Source of the DNA: an uncultured virus (IMG/VR IMGVR_UViG_3300024319_000011)
Taxonomy: Duplodnaviria; Heunggongvirae; Uroviricota; Caudoviricetes
Virus record (IMG/VR): IMGVR_UViG_3300024319_000011
Reading direction: 5' to 3' (one strand)
DNA: 64,000 nt
The notes under the pieces are model-generated. The model ran no database searches and was not told where the DNA came from. It saw nothing but the letters and a program-made list of their open reading frames with translations. The first letter of the stretch is position 1. Every line of letters starts with the position of its first letter. Below are positions 30,336 to 40,490 of the stretch, one piece after another. Both the position numbers and the translations under genes were made by a program.

Positions 30336-30986
30336 ATGAAATTTGATTCAGTAAAATTTAAACTCTATTATGATTTTATTTTAACACAGGTGTATGCTGA
30401 ACCTGAAAGTGATTATCATAAAATTACAACACAAGAAATATATGATCTTATGATCAAACCACTCAAACTTAAAAAGTCAGCAAATATATTAGACGTTGGC
30501 TGTGGTCCAGGTTATTTCTTAGATATAATGAAAAAAGAAAAATATAAAAACGTTGTAGGCACAGCAGGTACTAGAGAAGATCTTGAAATATGCAAAAAGA
30601 AAAAGCATAAAGTAAGAGATGAAGATATCAGTTTCTTGTCTGATAAAGACGAGTCATTAGACTTTATCTTTTGTAGACAAGTATTAGAGCATTCACCATT
30701 TCCTTATATAACACTGTTAGAGTATAATAGAGTACTAAAACCAGATGCTAAAATATATATTGAAACACCGGCACCTGGCAACGTAAGAAATCATGAAGCA
30801 AACCCAAACCATTATTCTATATTAACAGATAAGATGATATTAAACCTACTTGTTAGAGCTGGGTTTGATCTTGATATATCAAACAACTTAGAATCAACAG
30901 CACTAGATAAAAAGTCTGGAGAAGAGTTTACTGAAATGAGTTATGGTATTATAGCCACTAAAAAGAGACCAATAGACGTTAAATAA
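30336..30986 (+). CDS. Class I SAM-dependent methyltransferase
   Basis: ILDVGCGPG, DFIFCRQVLEH, RVLKP. Confidence 0.9.
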   Translation: MKFDSVKFKLYYDFILTQVYAEPESDYHKITTQEIYDLMIKPLKLKKSANILDVGCGPGYFLDIMKKEKYKNVVGTAGTREDLEICKKKKHKVRDEDISFLSDKDESLDFIFCRQVLEHSPFPYITLLEYNRVLKPDAKIYIETPAPGNVRNHEANPNHYSILTDKMILNLLVRAGFDLDISNNLESTALDKKSGEEFTEMSYGIIATKKRPIDVK

Positions 30987-30990
30987 TAGT

Positions 30991-31185
30991 ATGGATATAG
31001 AACAACTTAAACAACTAGCAGGTGTAAATGACACTCCTACAATGGGAGAGAACATATCACATACTGCCACGGAGAAAAGTGAATATATGAAAAAACATGA
31101 TATTCGCCCAGGGTCTCCAGAATGGTTTAAGTTATGGTTCTCACAACCTCACTTAACAGGTGAAAATCCAATGCCAAGGAAGTAG
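30991..31185 (+). CDS. Small hypothetical late protein
   Basis: LKQLAGV, IRPGSPEWFKLWF; TAAATA-N5-ATG start. Confidence 0.65.
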   Translation: MDIEQLKQLAGVNDTPTMGENISHTATEKSEYMKKHDIRPGSPEWFKLWFSQPHLTGENPMPRK

Positions 31186-31186
31186 C

Positions 31187-32752
31187 ATGGCTAAATCACT
31201 AGACGGCGTATTAATTAAAAAAGCACACAAGAAGCAACAGTTCACAAAAAAAGAACTTCAAGAATTTAAAAAGTGTGCTGATCCCGTAATGGGTCCAATG
31301 TATTTTATGAGCAACTTCTTTACCATACAGCATCCTGTACATGGTAGCATGAAGTATACTCCATATGAATATCAAGAACGTCTAATAGAAGCATATCACG
31401 AAAATAGATTTTCAATATCAATGATGCCTAGACAGACAGGCAAATCAACATCAGCCGCAGGCTATTTGTTATGGTATGCTATGTTCAATTCAGATGCAAC
31501 AGTGTTAGTGGCCGCACACAAATATGCAGGTGCACAAGAAATTATGCAACGTGTTAGATATGCTTATGAGTCATGTCCAGATCATATCAGAGCAGGTGCT
31601 GTTAGTTACAATAAAGGATCAATAGAGTTTGACAACGGCAGTCGTATAGTAGCACAAACAACAACTGAAAACACTGGACGAGGTATGTCAATATCAATGT
31701 TATACTGTGATGAGTTTGCGTTTGTTAGACCTACTATTGCTCGAGAGTTTTGGACTTCAATATCACCTACACTTACTACTGGTGGTAAAGCAATTATTAC
31801 ATCAACACCAAACTCAGATGAAGATCAATTTGCACTATTATGGAAACAAGCAAACAAGTGCGAGGATGAGCACGGTAACGAAACAAAATTAGGCATTAAT
31901 GGATTTAAAGCATATAGGTCATATTGGAACGAGCATCCAGACAGAGATGAAGAATGGGCGAAACGAGAAAGAGGCACATTGGGAGATGAACGATTTAGGC
32001 GTGAGATGGATTGTGAATTTATTATCAATGACGAAACACTTATTGCACCTACCAAGCTAATTGACCTAGCAGGAATAGAACCAATTCAGCAAATGGGACA
32101 AGTGCGTTGGTATGAGAAACCAAGGAAAGGTGACATCTACGTAGTTTCCTGGGATCCAAGTTTAGGAACAGGAGGAGACTTTGCGGCCATGCAGGTTGTT
32201 AATGCTAATACTACAACACAGATAGCAGAATGGAAACATAACAAAACTACTATACCCGAACAAGTAAGAGTGTTTAGTGAAATTATCAAACACCTGAATG
32301 AACAAATAGAAGATAGAAATTCAATTTACTACTCAGTTGAAAATAATACTATTGGTGAAGCGGCATTGATTAGTTTAGATGAGTACGGAGAACAATCAAT
32401 ACCTGGAACATTTTTAAGTGAAACAAAAGCAATAGGTAAAGGCAGACGTTTCCGTAAAGGATTTAATACAACAAACAAAAGCAAGATTGCTAGTTGTGCT
32501 AAATTTAAAAATTTAGTAGAGTCAGGTAAATTTAAAATTAAGTCGAGACCATTGGTCAGCGAACTTAAAAACTTTGTAGCACATGGAACAAGCTATGCGG
32601 CCAAACCCGGTGAGCATGATGATCTAGTAATGGCAACAATATTAGCAGTACGTATGATGCAACAACTTCAAGAATATCATAAAGACATAGGTGATAAACT
32701 AAGAGATCACGATGATGACGTTGTAGAACCACTTCCGTTCATTATGATTTAA
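31187..32752 (+). CDS. gp17: Terminase large subunit
   Basis: PRQTGKS Walker A, LYCDEFAF Walker B, ITSTPN, WDPSLGTGGD, HDDLVMA; ATG 31187 with AAGGA RBS. Confidence 0.95.
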   Translation: MAKSLDGVLIKKAHKKQQFTKKELQEFKKCADPVMGPMYFMSNFFTIQHPVHGSMKYTPYEYQERLIEAYHENRFSISMMPRQTGKSTSAAGYLLWYAMFNSDATVLVAAHKYAGAQEIMQRVRYAYESCPDHIRAGAVSYNKGSIEFDNGSRIVAQTTTENTGRGMSISMLYCDEFAFVRPTIAREFWTSISPTLTTGGKAIITSTPNSDEDQFALLWKQANKCEDEHGNETKLGINGFKAYRSYWNEHPDRDEEWAKRERGTLGDERFRREMDCEFIINDETLIAPTKLIDLAGIEPIQQMGQVRWYEKPRKGDIYVVSWDPSLGTGGDFAAMQVVNANTTTQIAEWKHNKTTIPEQVRVFSEIIKHLNEQIEDRNSIYYSVENNTIGEAALISLDEYGEQSIPGTFLSETKAIGKGRRFRKGFNTTNKSKIASCAKFKNLVESGKFKIKSRPLVSELKNFVAHGTSYAAKPGEHDDLVMATILAVRMMQQLQEYHKDIGDKLRDHDDDVVEPLPFIMI

Positions 32753-32776
32753 TTGACAGCTTAGATAAATACACTT

Positions 32777-34759
32777 ATGATATCATTAGACACCACAAGA
32801 CAAAAATTATTTGATTTACTAGTAGCTAAAGGGTTTGATTTAACAACCCGTGACGCAAAAGGTAAAGAAACAACTGAACCAAAGAACGCTGATCTATTTT
32901 CGTTTAACTATAAAGTTGGTGATAACAGTTACGGTACAGTAGTAGTAACAGTTAATCCTGAAGGAGAGTTAGAAGTTTATTACGGTGACGTGCTTGGTAA
33001 AGGTATGGATTCTGATCATAAGAAAGAATGGTATGATTTTTTATATCAATTGAGACACTTTTCTAAACGTAACATGTTAGAGTTTAGTTTAAAGCATATG
33101 AATAAACTTAAATATTCAATGCAGACAATGGCACAAGTATCTGAGAATAGAGAAATTAACGAATCTAAATACTACGGTTTCAAAAAAACATCATACACTA
33201 AACAAACAAAAGAAGCAAAACTCAAAATAGTACATTCAAAACCAATTGACGAAGAAGCAGGTGATCAACGTTACAGAAATGTAGCATCACTATATGTTGA
33301 AACATCAGAGGGCGAACGTTTTAAATTACCATTTACTAAACTATATGCAGGTCGTGCTATGGCAAGACACGTTAGTGAAGGTGGTAATCCGTACGATAGT
33401 TTTGGTACTTATATATGTGAGTTAGTTAGCGATATTAATACACTAGGTGCATTTACTAGATATGCTCGTGGGCATGACTGGCAAAATACTGAAACTGCTG
33501 GATTAGCAGAAAGAGGACTTAAACACTTTGGTGCTATTAAACGCAAAGTTAAATCAATGATTGGCAAACGTGGTTATCATAAAGCACTTGAAGCATTTGA
33601 TCAACGCACTGAACTTCCAGAACAAGAAACAATGGATAAAGTTCGTGAATTATTTACAGAAAAATTATTAGATACTAGAGTAGAGTCGGCATTACCGGTG
33701 TTGACTAAATTAGAATTAGAGGGTAAGTCAATGAAAGAAGTTAATGAATTTGAACAATGGGCAGAGTCAACAGTGCAAGAAGGATTTGATCCAGAAGAAT
33801 TTGAAGGTAAAGTTACTGTTCCTGGACCAGGTGGTTTTCCAACAGATATCACGTATACTGCTAAGGTAGACAACGAACAAAACACAGTACATGTAACTAA
33901 GTGTTCAAACGAGCAATATAGAGATGAATGTCAAGATGATGCTGAGGAAGAATGGGCTGATAGAGATGTTGACGTTCCAATGGAAGCCAAAGAATATGAA
34001 TGTCCAACTTGTCGAGGTGCAGGTGATTATCGCGATGAAGAACATAAAAAACATGATTGTCCAGACTGTGAAGGTGAAGGCAAATATGTTGACGAAGGTA
34101 AAATGAAAGACCTAGCTATGGATATGAAAGAATTGTCAGACAAAGAGTTTGAAGAAAAATACCAAACTAAAAAGTCTGATTGGTCTGAAGTTAAAACACC
34201 TGGACTAAGACAGGATCCAAAGTATCCAGCATACATTGGTAAAATGAAAACATTTGCAGGCGACATAGCCGCAGAAGCAGAAGAAAAATTTACACAAGAA
34301 GAAATCCAAAAAGCTATTAGAATAGCAATGCACATGAAAGGTGATATGACAGACGCAACAGATGCTATTGATGCTATACACCCTGGATTAACTAACCATC
34401 CTGAAGTTGATGATGCTCTTAAACAAGCTAACGAAAGTGTAGAAGTAACAGAACAGTATGCACCATCAGTAGGTGATCAAATTGTTACAGGTAAAGGTAC
34501 TAAAGGCACTGTTGAAACAGTAACAGATGAAGCAGTTGAGTTTAGAACTGAAACAGGTAAACTATTAAAAACTGCTATTTCAAACGTTGAACCAGATGCA
34601 GTAAACGAAGATGATGTAGAAGAAGGTAACGAGTTTACACTAGCCCTTGCTAACGCTAAACGTGATGGCAAAGATGAGTTTGAAGTAGATGGTAAAGTAT
34701 ATAAAGTAGAAGAAAGTCAAGTTGGACGTATAGTAGATTTGGTAAACTATAGAAAGTAA
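32777..34759 (+). CDS. Modular late protein with acidic C-terminal half and DnaJ-type Zn finger
   Basis: CPTCRGAG...CPDCEGEG; Glu-delimited modules; TAAATA-N5-ATG start. Confidence 0.65.
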   Translation: MISLDTTRQKLFDLLVAKGFDLTTRDAKGKETTEPKNADLFSFNYKVGDNSYGTVVVTVNPEGELEVYYGDVLGKGMDSDHKKEWYDFLYQLRHFSKRNMLEFSLKHMNKLKYSMQTMAQVSENREINESKYYGFKKTSYTKQTKEAKLKIVHSKPIDEEAGDQRYRNVASLYVETSEGERFKLPFTKLYAGRAMARHVSEGGNPYDSFGTYICELVSDINTLGAFTRYARGHDWQNTETAGLAERGLKHFGAIKRKVKSMIGKRGYHKALEAFDQRTELPEQETMDKVRELFTEKLLDTRVESALPVLTKLELEGKSMKEVNEFEQWAESTVQEGFDPEEFEGKVTVPGPGGFPTDITYTAKVDNEQNTVHVTKCSNEQYRDECQDDAEEEWADRDVDVPMEAKEYECPTCRGAGDYRDEEHKKHDCPDCEGEGKYVDEGKMKDLAMDMKELSDKEFEEKYQTKKSDWSEVKTPGLRQDPKYPAYIGKMKTFAGDIAAEAEEKFTQEEIQKAIRIAMHMKGDMTDATDAIDAIHPGLTNHPEVDDALKQANESVEVTEQYAPSVGDQIVTGKGTKGTVETVTDEAVEFRTETGKLLKTAISNVEPDAVNEDDVEEGNEFTLALANAKRDGKDEFEVDGKVYKVEESQVGRIVDLVNYRK

Positions 34760-34782
34760 CAGTATTGACAAACCCTCAAAAG

Positions 34783-34813
34783 AAGCACATAATTTAGTTT
34801 ATGTGCTTTTTTT
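34783..34813 (+). terminator. Rho-independent terminator
   Basis: AAGCACATAA-loop-TTATGTGCTT plus T-tract. Confidence 0.75.
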
Positions 34814-34846
34814 ACGACCATTTGGTAAAATATACCAATATAACCG

Positions 34847-34875
34847 TTGACGGGATAAATAAATTATATTACACT
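34847..34875 (+). promoter_or_regulatory. Overlapping sigma70-type and late promoters for gp32
   Basis: TTGACG-N17-TACACT with GATAAATA (34854) in the spacer. Confidence 0.6.
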
Positions 34876-34943
34876 ATTAAGGTAGTGTTTTATTAGGCAC
34901 ACATTAAGGCAAATTATTATGGCACATAAAGGAGAAATACATT

Positions 34944-35987
34944 ATGGCAAGTTTAGCAGATATCAGAGCAAAATTACAAGCTTCTGAAAACAACAACAGT
35001 AACAATCAACGTTCAGGTGGCGATAACGCAATTTACGCACACTGGAATATCAAAGAAGGCGAATCAGCGGCAATTAGATTCCTTCCAGACGCAGATCCAA
35101 ACAACACATTCTTTTGGCAAGAACGAAACATGATTCGTTTACCATTTAACGGCGTTAAAGGCGAAATGGATAACAAGAACGTATTAGTTCAAGTTCCGTG
35201 TATTGAAATGTGGGGTGAATCATGCCCAATTCTAGCAGAAGTTAGAACATGGTTTAAAGATTCATCACTAGAAGAAATGGGTCGTAAGTATTGGAAGAAA
35301 AAGTCATACATCTTTCAAGGGTTTGTTAGACAAAATCCTATAGGTGATGATACTACACCAGCTAATCCAATTAGACGTTTTATTATGAGTCCTCAAATCT
35401 TTACTATTATTAAGTCAAGTTTGATGGATCCAGACATGGAAGAATTACCAACAGACTATAATGCTGGTTTAGATTTCCGTGTTACTAAAACACAAAAAGG
35501 TGGCTATGCTGATTACACAACATCAAACTGGGCAAGAAAAGAGTCTGCACTAACAGAAGCAGAACAGGCCGCAGTTAATGAACATGGCTTATTTACACTA
35601 GGAGATTTTCTTCCTAAGAAACCTAGTGAACAAGAATTAAAAGTAATGAAAGAAATGTTTGAAGCATCAGTAGATGGGCAACCATATGATGCTGAAAGAT
35701 GGGGTGCGTACTACAGACCATCAGGTATGATGGCTCCAAAAGGATCACAACCAACAACTTCTACACCAAGTGCAACTACAACGCCAGCGGCAGACACATT
35801 TGAACAAGTGGCTCCAGCGGCTCCTGTAGCAGAAACTGCACCAGCAACTCCGGCTCCAACAGCAGAAGTAACACCTGCTCCAGTAGCTGAAGCGGCGCCA
35901 ACAGAAACACCAGCACCAGCGGCTGAGGGTGGATCTAAAGCAGAAGATATTTTGAACATGATCCGTTCAAGACAGAAAACATCGTAA
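34944..35987 (+). CDS. gp32: Single-stranded DNA-binding protein (T4 gp32-like)
   Basis: IRFLPD, C...CPI, GYADYTTSNW; Ala/Pro linker; precedes uvsX-uvsY. Confidence 0.85.
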   Translation: MASLADIRAKLQASENNNSNNQRSGGDNAIYAHWNIKEGESAAIRFLPDADPNNTFFWQERNMIRLPFNGVKGEMDNKNVLVQVPCIEMWGESCPILAEVRTWFKDSSLEEMGRKYWKKKSYIFQGFVRQNPIGDDTTPANPIRRFIMSPQIFTIIKSSLMDPDMEELPTDYNAGLDFRVTKTQKGGYADYTTSNWARKESALTEAEQAAVNEHGLFTLGDFLPKKPSEQELKVMKEMFEASVDGQPYDAERWGAYYRPSGMMAPKGSQPTTSTPSATTTPAADTFEQVAPAAPVAETAPATPAPTAEVTPAPVAEAAPTETPAPAAEGGSKAEDILNMIRSRQKTS

Positions 35988-35993
35988 CTAATT

Positions 35994-36030
35994 AGTAGTG
36001 GGCGATATAATACTATCGCTCACACTTTTT
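35994..36030 (+). terminator. Rho-independent terminator
   Basis: GTGGGCGATA-loop-TATCGCTCAC plus T-tract. Confidence 0.7.
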
Positions 36031-36113
36031 AATTTGGCAATTTAATCGTTGCACAATTTATTTGATGACTGTAAAATTACTTTTAAACACACAAGAAGAA
36101 CAAGGAAGAGATT

Positions 36114-37235
36114 ATGGCAAAACCATTTGACGTAAGTAAGTTTAGAAAGAGTATTAGTAAATCAATTTCTGGACTATCAATTGGATTTAACGATCCAACA
36201 GATTGGGTATCGACAGGTAACTATGCCCTAAATTATTTAATTAGTGGTGACTTTAACAAAGGTATTCCGTTAGGCAAAGTAACAGTGTTTGCTGGCGAAT
36301 CAGGTGCAGGTAAAAGTTATATTTGTTCAGGTAACATTGTTAAAGAAGCACAAGAACAAGGTATCTTTGTAGTACTGATTGATTCAGAGAACGCACTTGA
36401 TGAAGCTTGGCTACAAGCATTAAAAGTTGACACTGGACCAGAGAAACTGCTCAAACTCAATATGGCTATGATTGATGACGTAGCTAAAACTATCAATGAC
36501 TTTATGGCTGAGTATCGTGCTATGAATGAAGAAGAAAGACCTAAAGTATTATTTGTTATTGATTCATTGGGTATGTTGTTAACACCAACAGATGTTGCTC
36601 AGTTTGAAAAAGGTGACATGAAAGGTGATATGGGTAGGAAACCTAAAGCATTAACATCACTAGTGCGTAATACAGTTAATATGTTTGGTAGTGCTAATGT
36701 AGGTATGGTGTGTACTAATCATACATACGCATCACAAGACATGTTTGATCCAGATGATAAAATATCAGGTGGACAAGGTTTTATTTACGCTTCAAGTATT
36801 GTAGTAGCAATGAAGAAAATGAAACTGAAAGAAGACGAAGATGGCAACAAGATATCAGAAGTTAAAGGTATTAGAGCTGGTTGTAAGATTATGAAAACAC
36901 GTTACGCTAAACCTTTTGAAGGCGTGCAAGTTAAAATACCATATGAAACAGGCATGAACCCGTACAGCGGACTAGTTGATCTAGCAGAGAAACAAGGCAT
37001 ACTTAAGAAAGACGGTAATAGACTACGCTTTGGTGAGCCAGATAGTGCTAATGAAATTAAACAGTTCCGTAAAGCATGGGAATCAAATACTGATGGTTGT
37101 TTAGATAAAGTAATGGAACACTTAAAAAATCAGAACAATGAGGTAAATATCGAAGATATTGAGGCAAGCATGGATGTAGCTACAGAAATGCAAGCACCGG
37201 AGGCAGTAGAACCAGTAGAAGAAACAAAGGAATAA
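36114..37235 (+). CDS. uvsX: RecA-like recombinase
   Basis: AGESGAGKS, IDSENALD, FVIDSLGML, NHTY, SGGQG. Confidence 0.93.
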   Translation: MAKPFDVSKFRKSISKSISGLSIGFNDPTDWVSTGNYALNYLISGDFNKGIPLGKVTVFAGESGAGKSYICSGNIVKEAQEQGIFVVLIDSENALDEAWLQALKVDTGPEKLLKLNMAMIDDVAKTINDFMAEYRAMNEEERPKVLFVIDSLGMLLTPTDVAQFEKGDMKGDMGRKPKALTSLVRNTVNMFGSANVGMVCTNHTYASQDMFDPDDKISGGQGFIYASSIVVAMKKMKLKEDEDGNKISEVKGIRAGCKIMKTRYAKPFEGVQVKIPYETGMNPYSGLVDLAEKQGILKKDGNRLRFGEPDSANEIKQFRKAWESNTDGCLDKVMEHLKNQNNEVNIEDIEASMDVATEMQAPEAVEPVEETKE

Positions 37236-37239
37236 AAAC

Positions 37240-37506
37240 ATGCTAAACGCAGTTGCAGAAATTTTTGAAACGTTAAAAACACATATCAATGAAAGCAATC
37301 ACAAAGAAGCCGCCATTGATTTAGTACACACTCTGGTCGATACCCAGGGTGTTAGTCCTAAAGAGATCAGAGAATCTACACTAATGGATGACGAAGAAGT
37401 TCGTGAAGCATTAATAGATTATGATGATACTGTTATTGAAGAAGATGACGGTTTAGATGTCTGGGGCGACGAATTTGACGATAGCGAAGAAGAAGAGGAT
37501 TACTAA
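37240..37506 (+). CDS. Small acidic hypothetical protein
   Basis: AAGGA RBS; acidic tail; lies between uvsX and uvsY. Confidence 0.65.
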   Translation: MLNAVAEIFETLKTHINESNHKEAAIDLVHTLVDTQGVSPKEIRESTLMDDEEVREALIDYDDTVIEEDDGLDVWGDEFDDSEEEEDY

Positions 37507-37961
37507 TGACTTGGTACAGTGATGTAACTAAAGATATTACAAAAATACCTGATATGCTGTTATTTTATGAAAATGAATTAATGACAGCTAAGAAGGAATG
37601 CTCGGTATACGGTAACGTAGAAAAGAACATTCGTGACTTACCTGGTATTACTGAACATCGCTTTAATCAATTACAAGAAATAGAAGCAGTGCTTAATTAT
37701 CTAAACATACAACTACGTAAGATTAGACGTAAGCACTTTCAAAAGTATCTTGAAGCTTACCAACGAGCATTAACATCACGTGATGCAGAAAAGTATGTGG
37801 ATGGAGAAGACGAAGTTATTGACTTTGAAACATTGATCAATGATGTAGCACTGTTAAGAAACAAATGGCTTGGCATATTAAAAGGTTTTGAATCAAAGAA
37901 CTTTATGCTAGGACACATAGTTAGATTAAGAACATCAGGAATGGAAGACGTTAGTGTATAG
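37506..37961 (+). CDS. uvsY: Recombination mediator UvsY-like
   Basis: Helical; AEKYVDGE...LKGFESKNFMLGHIVRLR; synteny with uvsX. Confidence 0.75.
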   Translation: MTWYSDVTKDITKIPDMLLFYENELMTAKKECSVYGNVEKNIRDLPGITEHRFNQLQEIEAVLNYLNIQLRKIRRKHFQKYLEAYQRALTSRDAEKYVDGEDEVIDFETLINDVALLRNKWLGILKGFESKNFMLGHIVRLRTSGMEDVSV

Positions 37962-38712
37962 ACAATTATTAGGTCAAGAAAGTCACGACAGTAGTCTACA
38001 GATCCTAAACGAACTTGGTCACTATACTTCATTTATGGAGTCAGTTGGAACTGTTCTCGATATTGGACACGGTAACGGACATGATTTAAATTGGTGGGCA
38101 ACTAGAACTATTGACCCAGATGACGAGACTCCTTTAAACATCAAGTGTACTGGTATTGATATTGACGATACGTTTGACTCAAAATATTCCCATCACAATA
38201 TCACAACGGTAACAGATAACTTTGAAGACAGTAAATTAAAACATAGTCAATTTGATGTAATTTATGCTCACAATGTTTTACAATATGCTGTCAATCCATT
38301 GCAAACTTTAGGACATTGGTGGGATTTAGCAAGAGATAACGCAATGTTAGTAATTGCTGTTCCAGAATCAACATTCTTACAACACAATGCAGTAATAGCT
38401 GACCAACATAGTCATGACTACCATCATTGGAGTCTAGTCAGTCTAATACATCACCTAGCTGTCAACGGCTGGGACTGTAAAGATGGATTTTTTAAAAAAG
38501 AAAGAAACAACCCTTGGATATATGCAGTAGCTTATAAACAACCTAACTTTCAAAAATTAGACTATCGTACTACAACCTGGTTTGATCTAGCTGAACAAGA
38601 ACTGTTACCTGAAACAGCAGTCAACAGTTTAAATCAATGGAACCTTGTTAGGCAACAGGATCTTAAAGTGATGTGGTTAAATAAACAAATTTTCGACTTC
38701 CGCAACTACTAA
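37954..38712 (+). CDS. Class I SAM-dependent methyltransferase
   Basis: VLDIGHGNG, FDVIYAHNVLQY. Confidence 0.8.
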   Translation: MYRQLLGQESHDSSLQILNELGHYTSFMESVGTVLDIGHGNGHDLNWWATRTIDPDDETPLNIKCTGIDIDDTFDSKYSHHNITTVTDNFEDSKLKHSQFDVIYAHNVLQYAVNPLQTLGHWWDLARDNAMLVIAVPESTFLQHNAVIADQHSHDYHHWSLVSLIHHLAVNGWDCKDGFFKKERNNPWIYAVAYKQPNFQKLDYRTTTWFDLAEQELLPETAVNSLNQWNLVRQQDLKVMWLNKQIFDFRNY

Positions 38713-38750
38713 CCTGATAAATATAAACTTAGTATATAATTATTGAGTTT

Positions 38751-40490
38751 ATGTCAACAATACCACATACAGTAATCAATGTTTTTATAGGCTGGGATTC
38801 AAGAGAACCTATTGCCGCAGATGTCTGTGCATACAGCATATTGAAACACGCATCATGTCCTGTTAAGATACACTATCTCAAATTAAACGAACTAGAATCT
38901 CAAGGTACAATAACCAGAGAGAGAGATAAGAACTCCTCAACTGAATTTACATATACTCGATTCCTAGTTCCTTATCTAATGAATTATACTGGTAAAGCTA
39001 TATTTTGTGATTGTGATTTTTTATGGACCAGTGATATCAAAGAAGTATATGATCTATTGCCCAATCATAAATCAGTAGCAGTGGTGCCACATGATGAATA
39101 TGGTTATAGTCCAAAGACAGCAAGCAAGATGGACGGGCAACTACAAACATTTTATCCTCGTAAGAATTGGTCATCAATGATGGTATTCAATTGTGATACT
39201 GCTGACAGTCAACGATTAACATTAGATGCAGTCAATGGAAAGAAACCTAGCTATTTGCATAGACTTGAGTGGGTGGGCTCTGACAACAGTATTGAGAAAT
39301 TGCCGCCGAACTGGAACTGGTTATCGGGATACTACAAAGAAAAAGATTACGGCACACCTAACGTTATACACTATACCGACGGTGGTCCTTGGTTTGATGA
39401 TAAGGATCTCCCGTTTGAAATGCACCTCAACAGCTGGAACGATGTACAGTACGGATACTTGTGGAATGATTATCTAGCGGAGCACAAAAAGTCTTGCCCT
39501 GTTGATAAAAGAAATAGGATTGAAGTTGATCAAGTAACGTACGGCCCAGAAATGAAACGGTTATATACTGATTTACAAAAAGTATTATTAGATGGGTATG
39601 ACGTATACAATACCCAATCTTGTCAGGACATAATTAAACAGATTAAAAAACAACGCAGTACACAAGGAGTATTAGGAGTAAGCGATATGAGTGAGCTAAG
39701 TCAATCATTACGAGATAAAGGATATAAATGGGACAAGGTAGTTGAATATTTCTGTCAAGGTGCTGGCGGCACACTAACTGATTGGAAAACAATATACGAC
39801 GGAAAAGCTAAACAAGATAAACGACCATTGGCATTTAGAGGTATTACTAAACGACATATCTATGATTGGTGTCAAGACAATAAGAGAGACTTTTACTTTG
39901 TTGATACCGGCTACTTTGGCAATACAAAAACAAAAAACTGGCATAGAGTAACTAAAAATAGTTTACAGTATTGTGGCAAGTTAAGAGATGTTCCTAGTGA
40001 TAGATACATTAAAGCAAATGGGTATACAAAAAAGTTTACTCCAGGTGGAAAAATATTATTGTGTCCGCCCAGTGAAAAGGCTATGCAGTTTTATGGAGAA
40101 GACTTAGATGAGTGGATGGAAAATACATTATCGCAGATTAAAAAACATACTGATAGAGAAATTGTAGTTCGTCTTAAAAAGTCAAGAAAAGAAAGAGTCT
40201 ACCAAGACACTATACAACAAGCTCTTCAGGATGACATACACTGTTTAGTTACTTACAATTCAATTGCTAGCATTGAAGCATTAATGGAGGGCAAACCTGC
40301 GTTTGTTCTAGGGCAAAATGCCGGGTCACCTCTATGTTTAAATGATTTAAGTAAAATTGAAACACCTTTATATCCAAGTCAAGATGAAGTTATGTACTTG
40401 TTAAGTAATCTTGCCTATCATCAATTTACACAAGCTGAGTTACAAAACGGTGATGCCTGGAGATTAGTACAGGAATGGAATAGTAAATGA
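38751..40490 (+). CDS. Two-domain glycosyltransferase (GT-A/GT8-like plus KpsS/KpsC-like)
   Basis: FIGWDSRE, STEFTYTRF, FCDCDFL, RKNWSS, HYTDGGPW; then DTGYF, VTYNS, EALMEGKP. Confidence 0.75.
   Translation: MSTIPHTVINVFIGWDSREPIAADVCAYSILKHASCPVKIHYLKLNELESQGTITRERDKNSSTEFTYTRFLVPYLMNYTGKAIFCDCDFLWTSDIKEVYDLLPNHKSVAVVPHDEYGYSPKTASKMDGQLQTFYPRKNWSSMMVFNCDTADSQRLTLDAVNGKKPSYLHRLEWVGSDNSIEKLPPNWNWLSGYYKEKDYGTPNVIHYTDGGPWFDDKDLPFEMHLNSWNDVQYGYLWNDYLAEHKKSCPVDKRNRIEVDQVTYGPEMKRLYTDLQKVLLDGYDVYNTQSCQDIIKQIKKQRSTQGVLGVSDMSELSQSLRDKGYKWDKVVEYFCQGAGGTLTDWKTIYDGKAKQDKRPLAFRGITKRHIYDWCQDNKRDFYFVDTGYFGNTKTKNWHRVTKNSLQYCGKLRDVPSDRYIKANGYTKKFTPGGKILLCPPSEKAMQFYGEDLDEWMENTLSQIKKHTDREIVVRLKKSRKERVYQDTIQQALQDDIHCLVTYNSIASIEALMEGKPAFVLGQNAGSPLCLNDLSKIETPLYPSQDEVMYLLSNLAYHQFTQAELQNGDAWRLVQEWNSK

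Noticed and set aside
34765..34793. TTGACA-N17-CATAAT as the main gp32 promoter
   Set aside because: It overlaps a terminator hairpin, so its function is ambiguous; the promoter pair at 34847-34875 fits better.
34894..34926. GGCA repeats here and at 60927-60955 as a mini-CRISPR array
   Set aside because: Repeats of 8 nt or fewer with 2-5 nt gaps are far too short; no cas genes.
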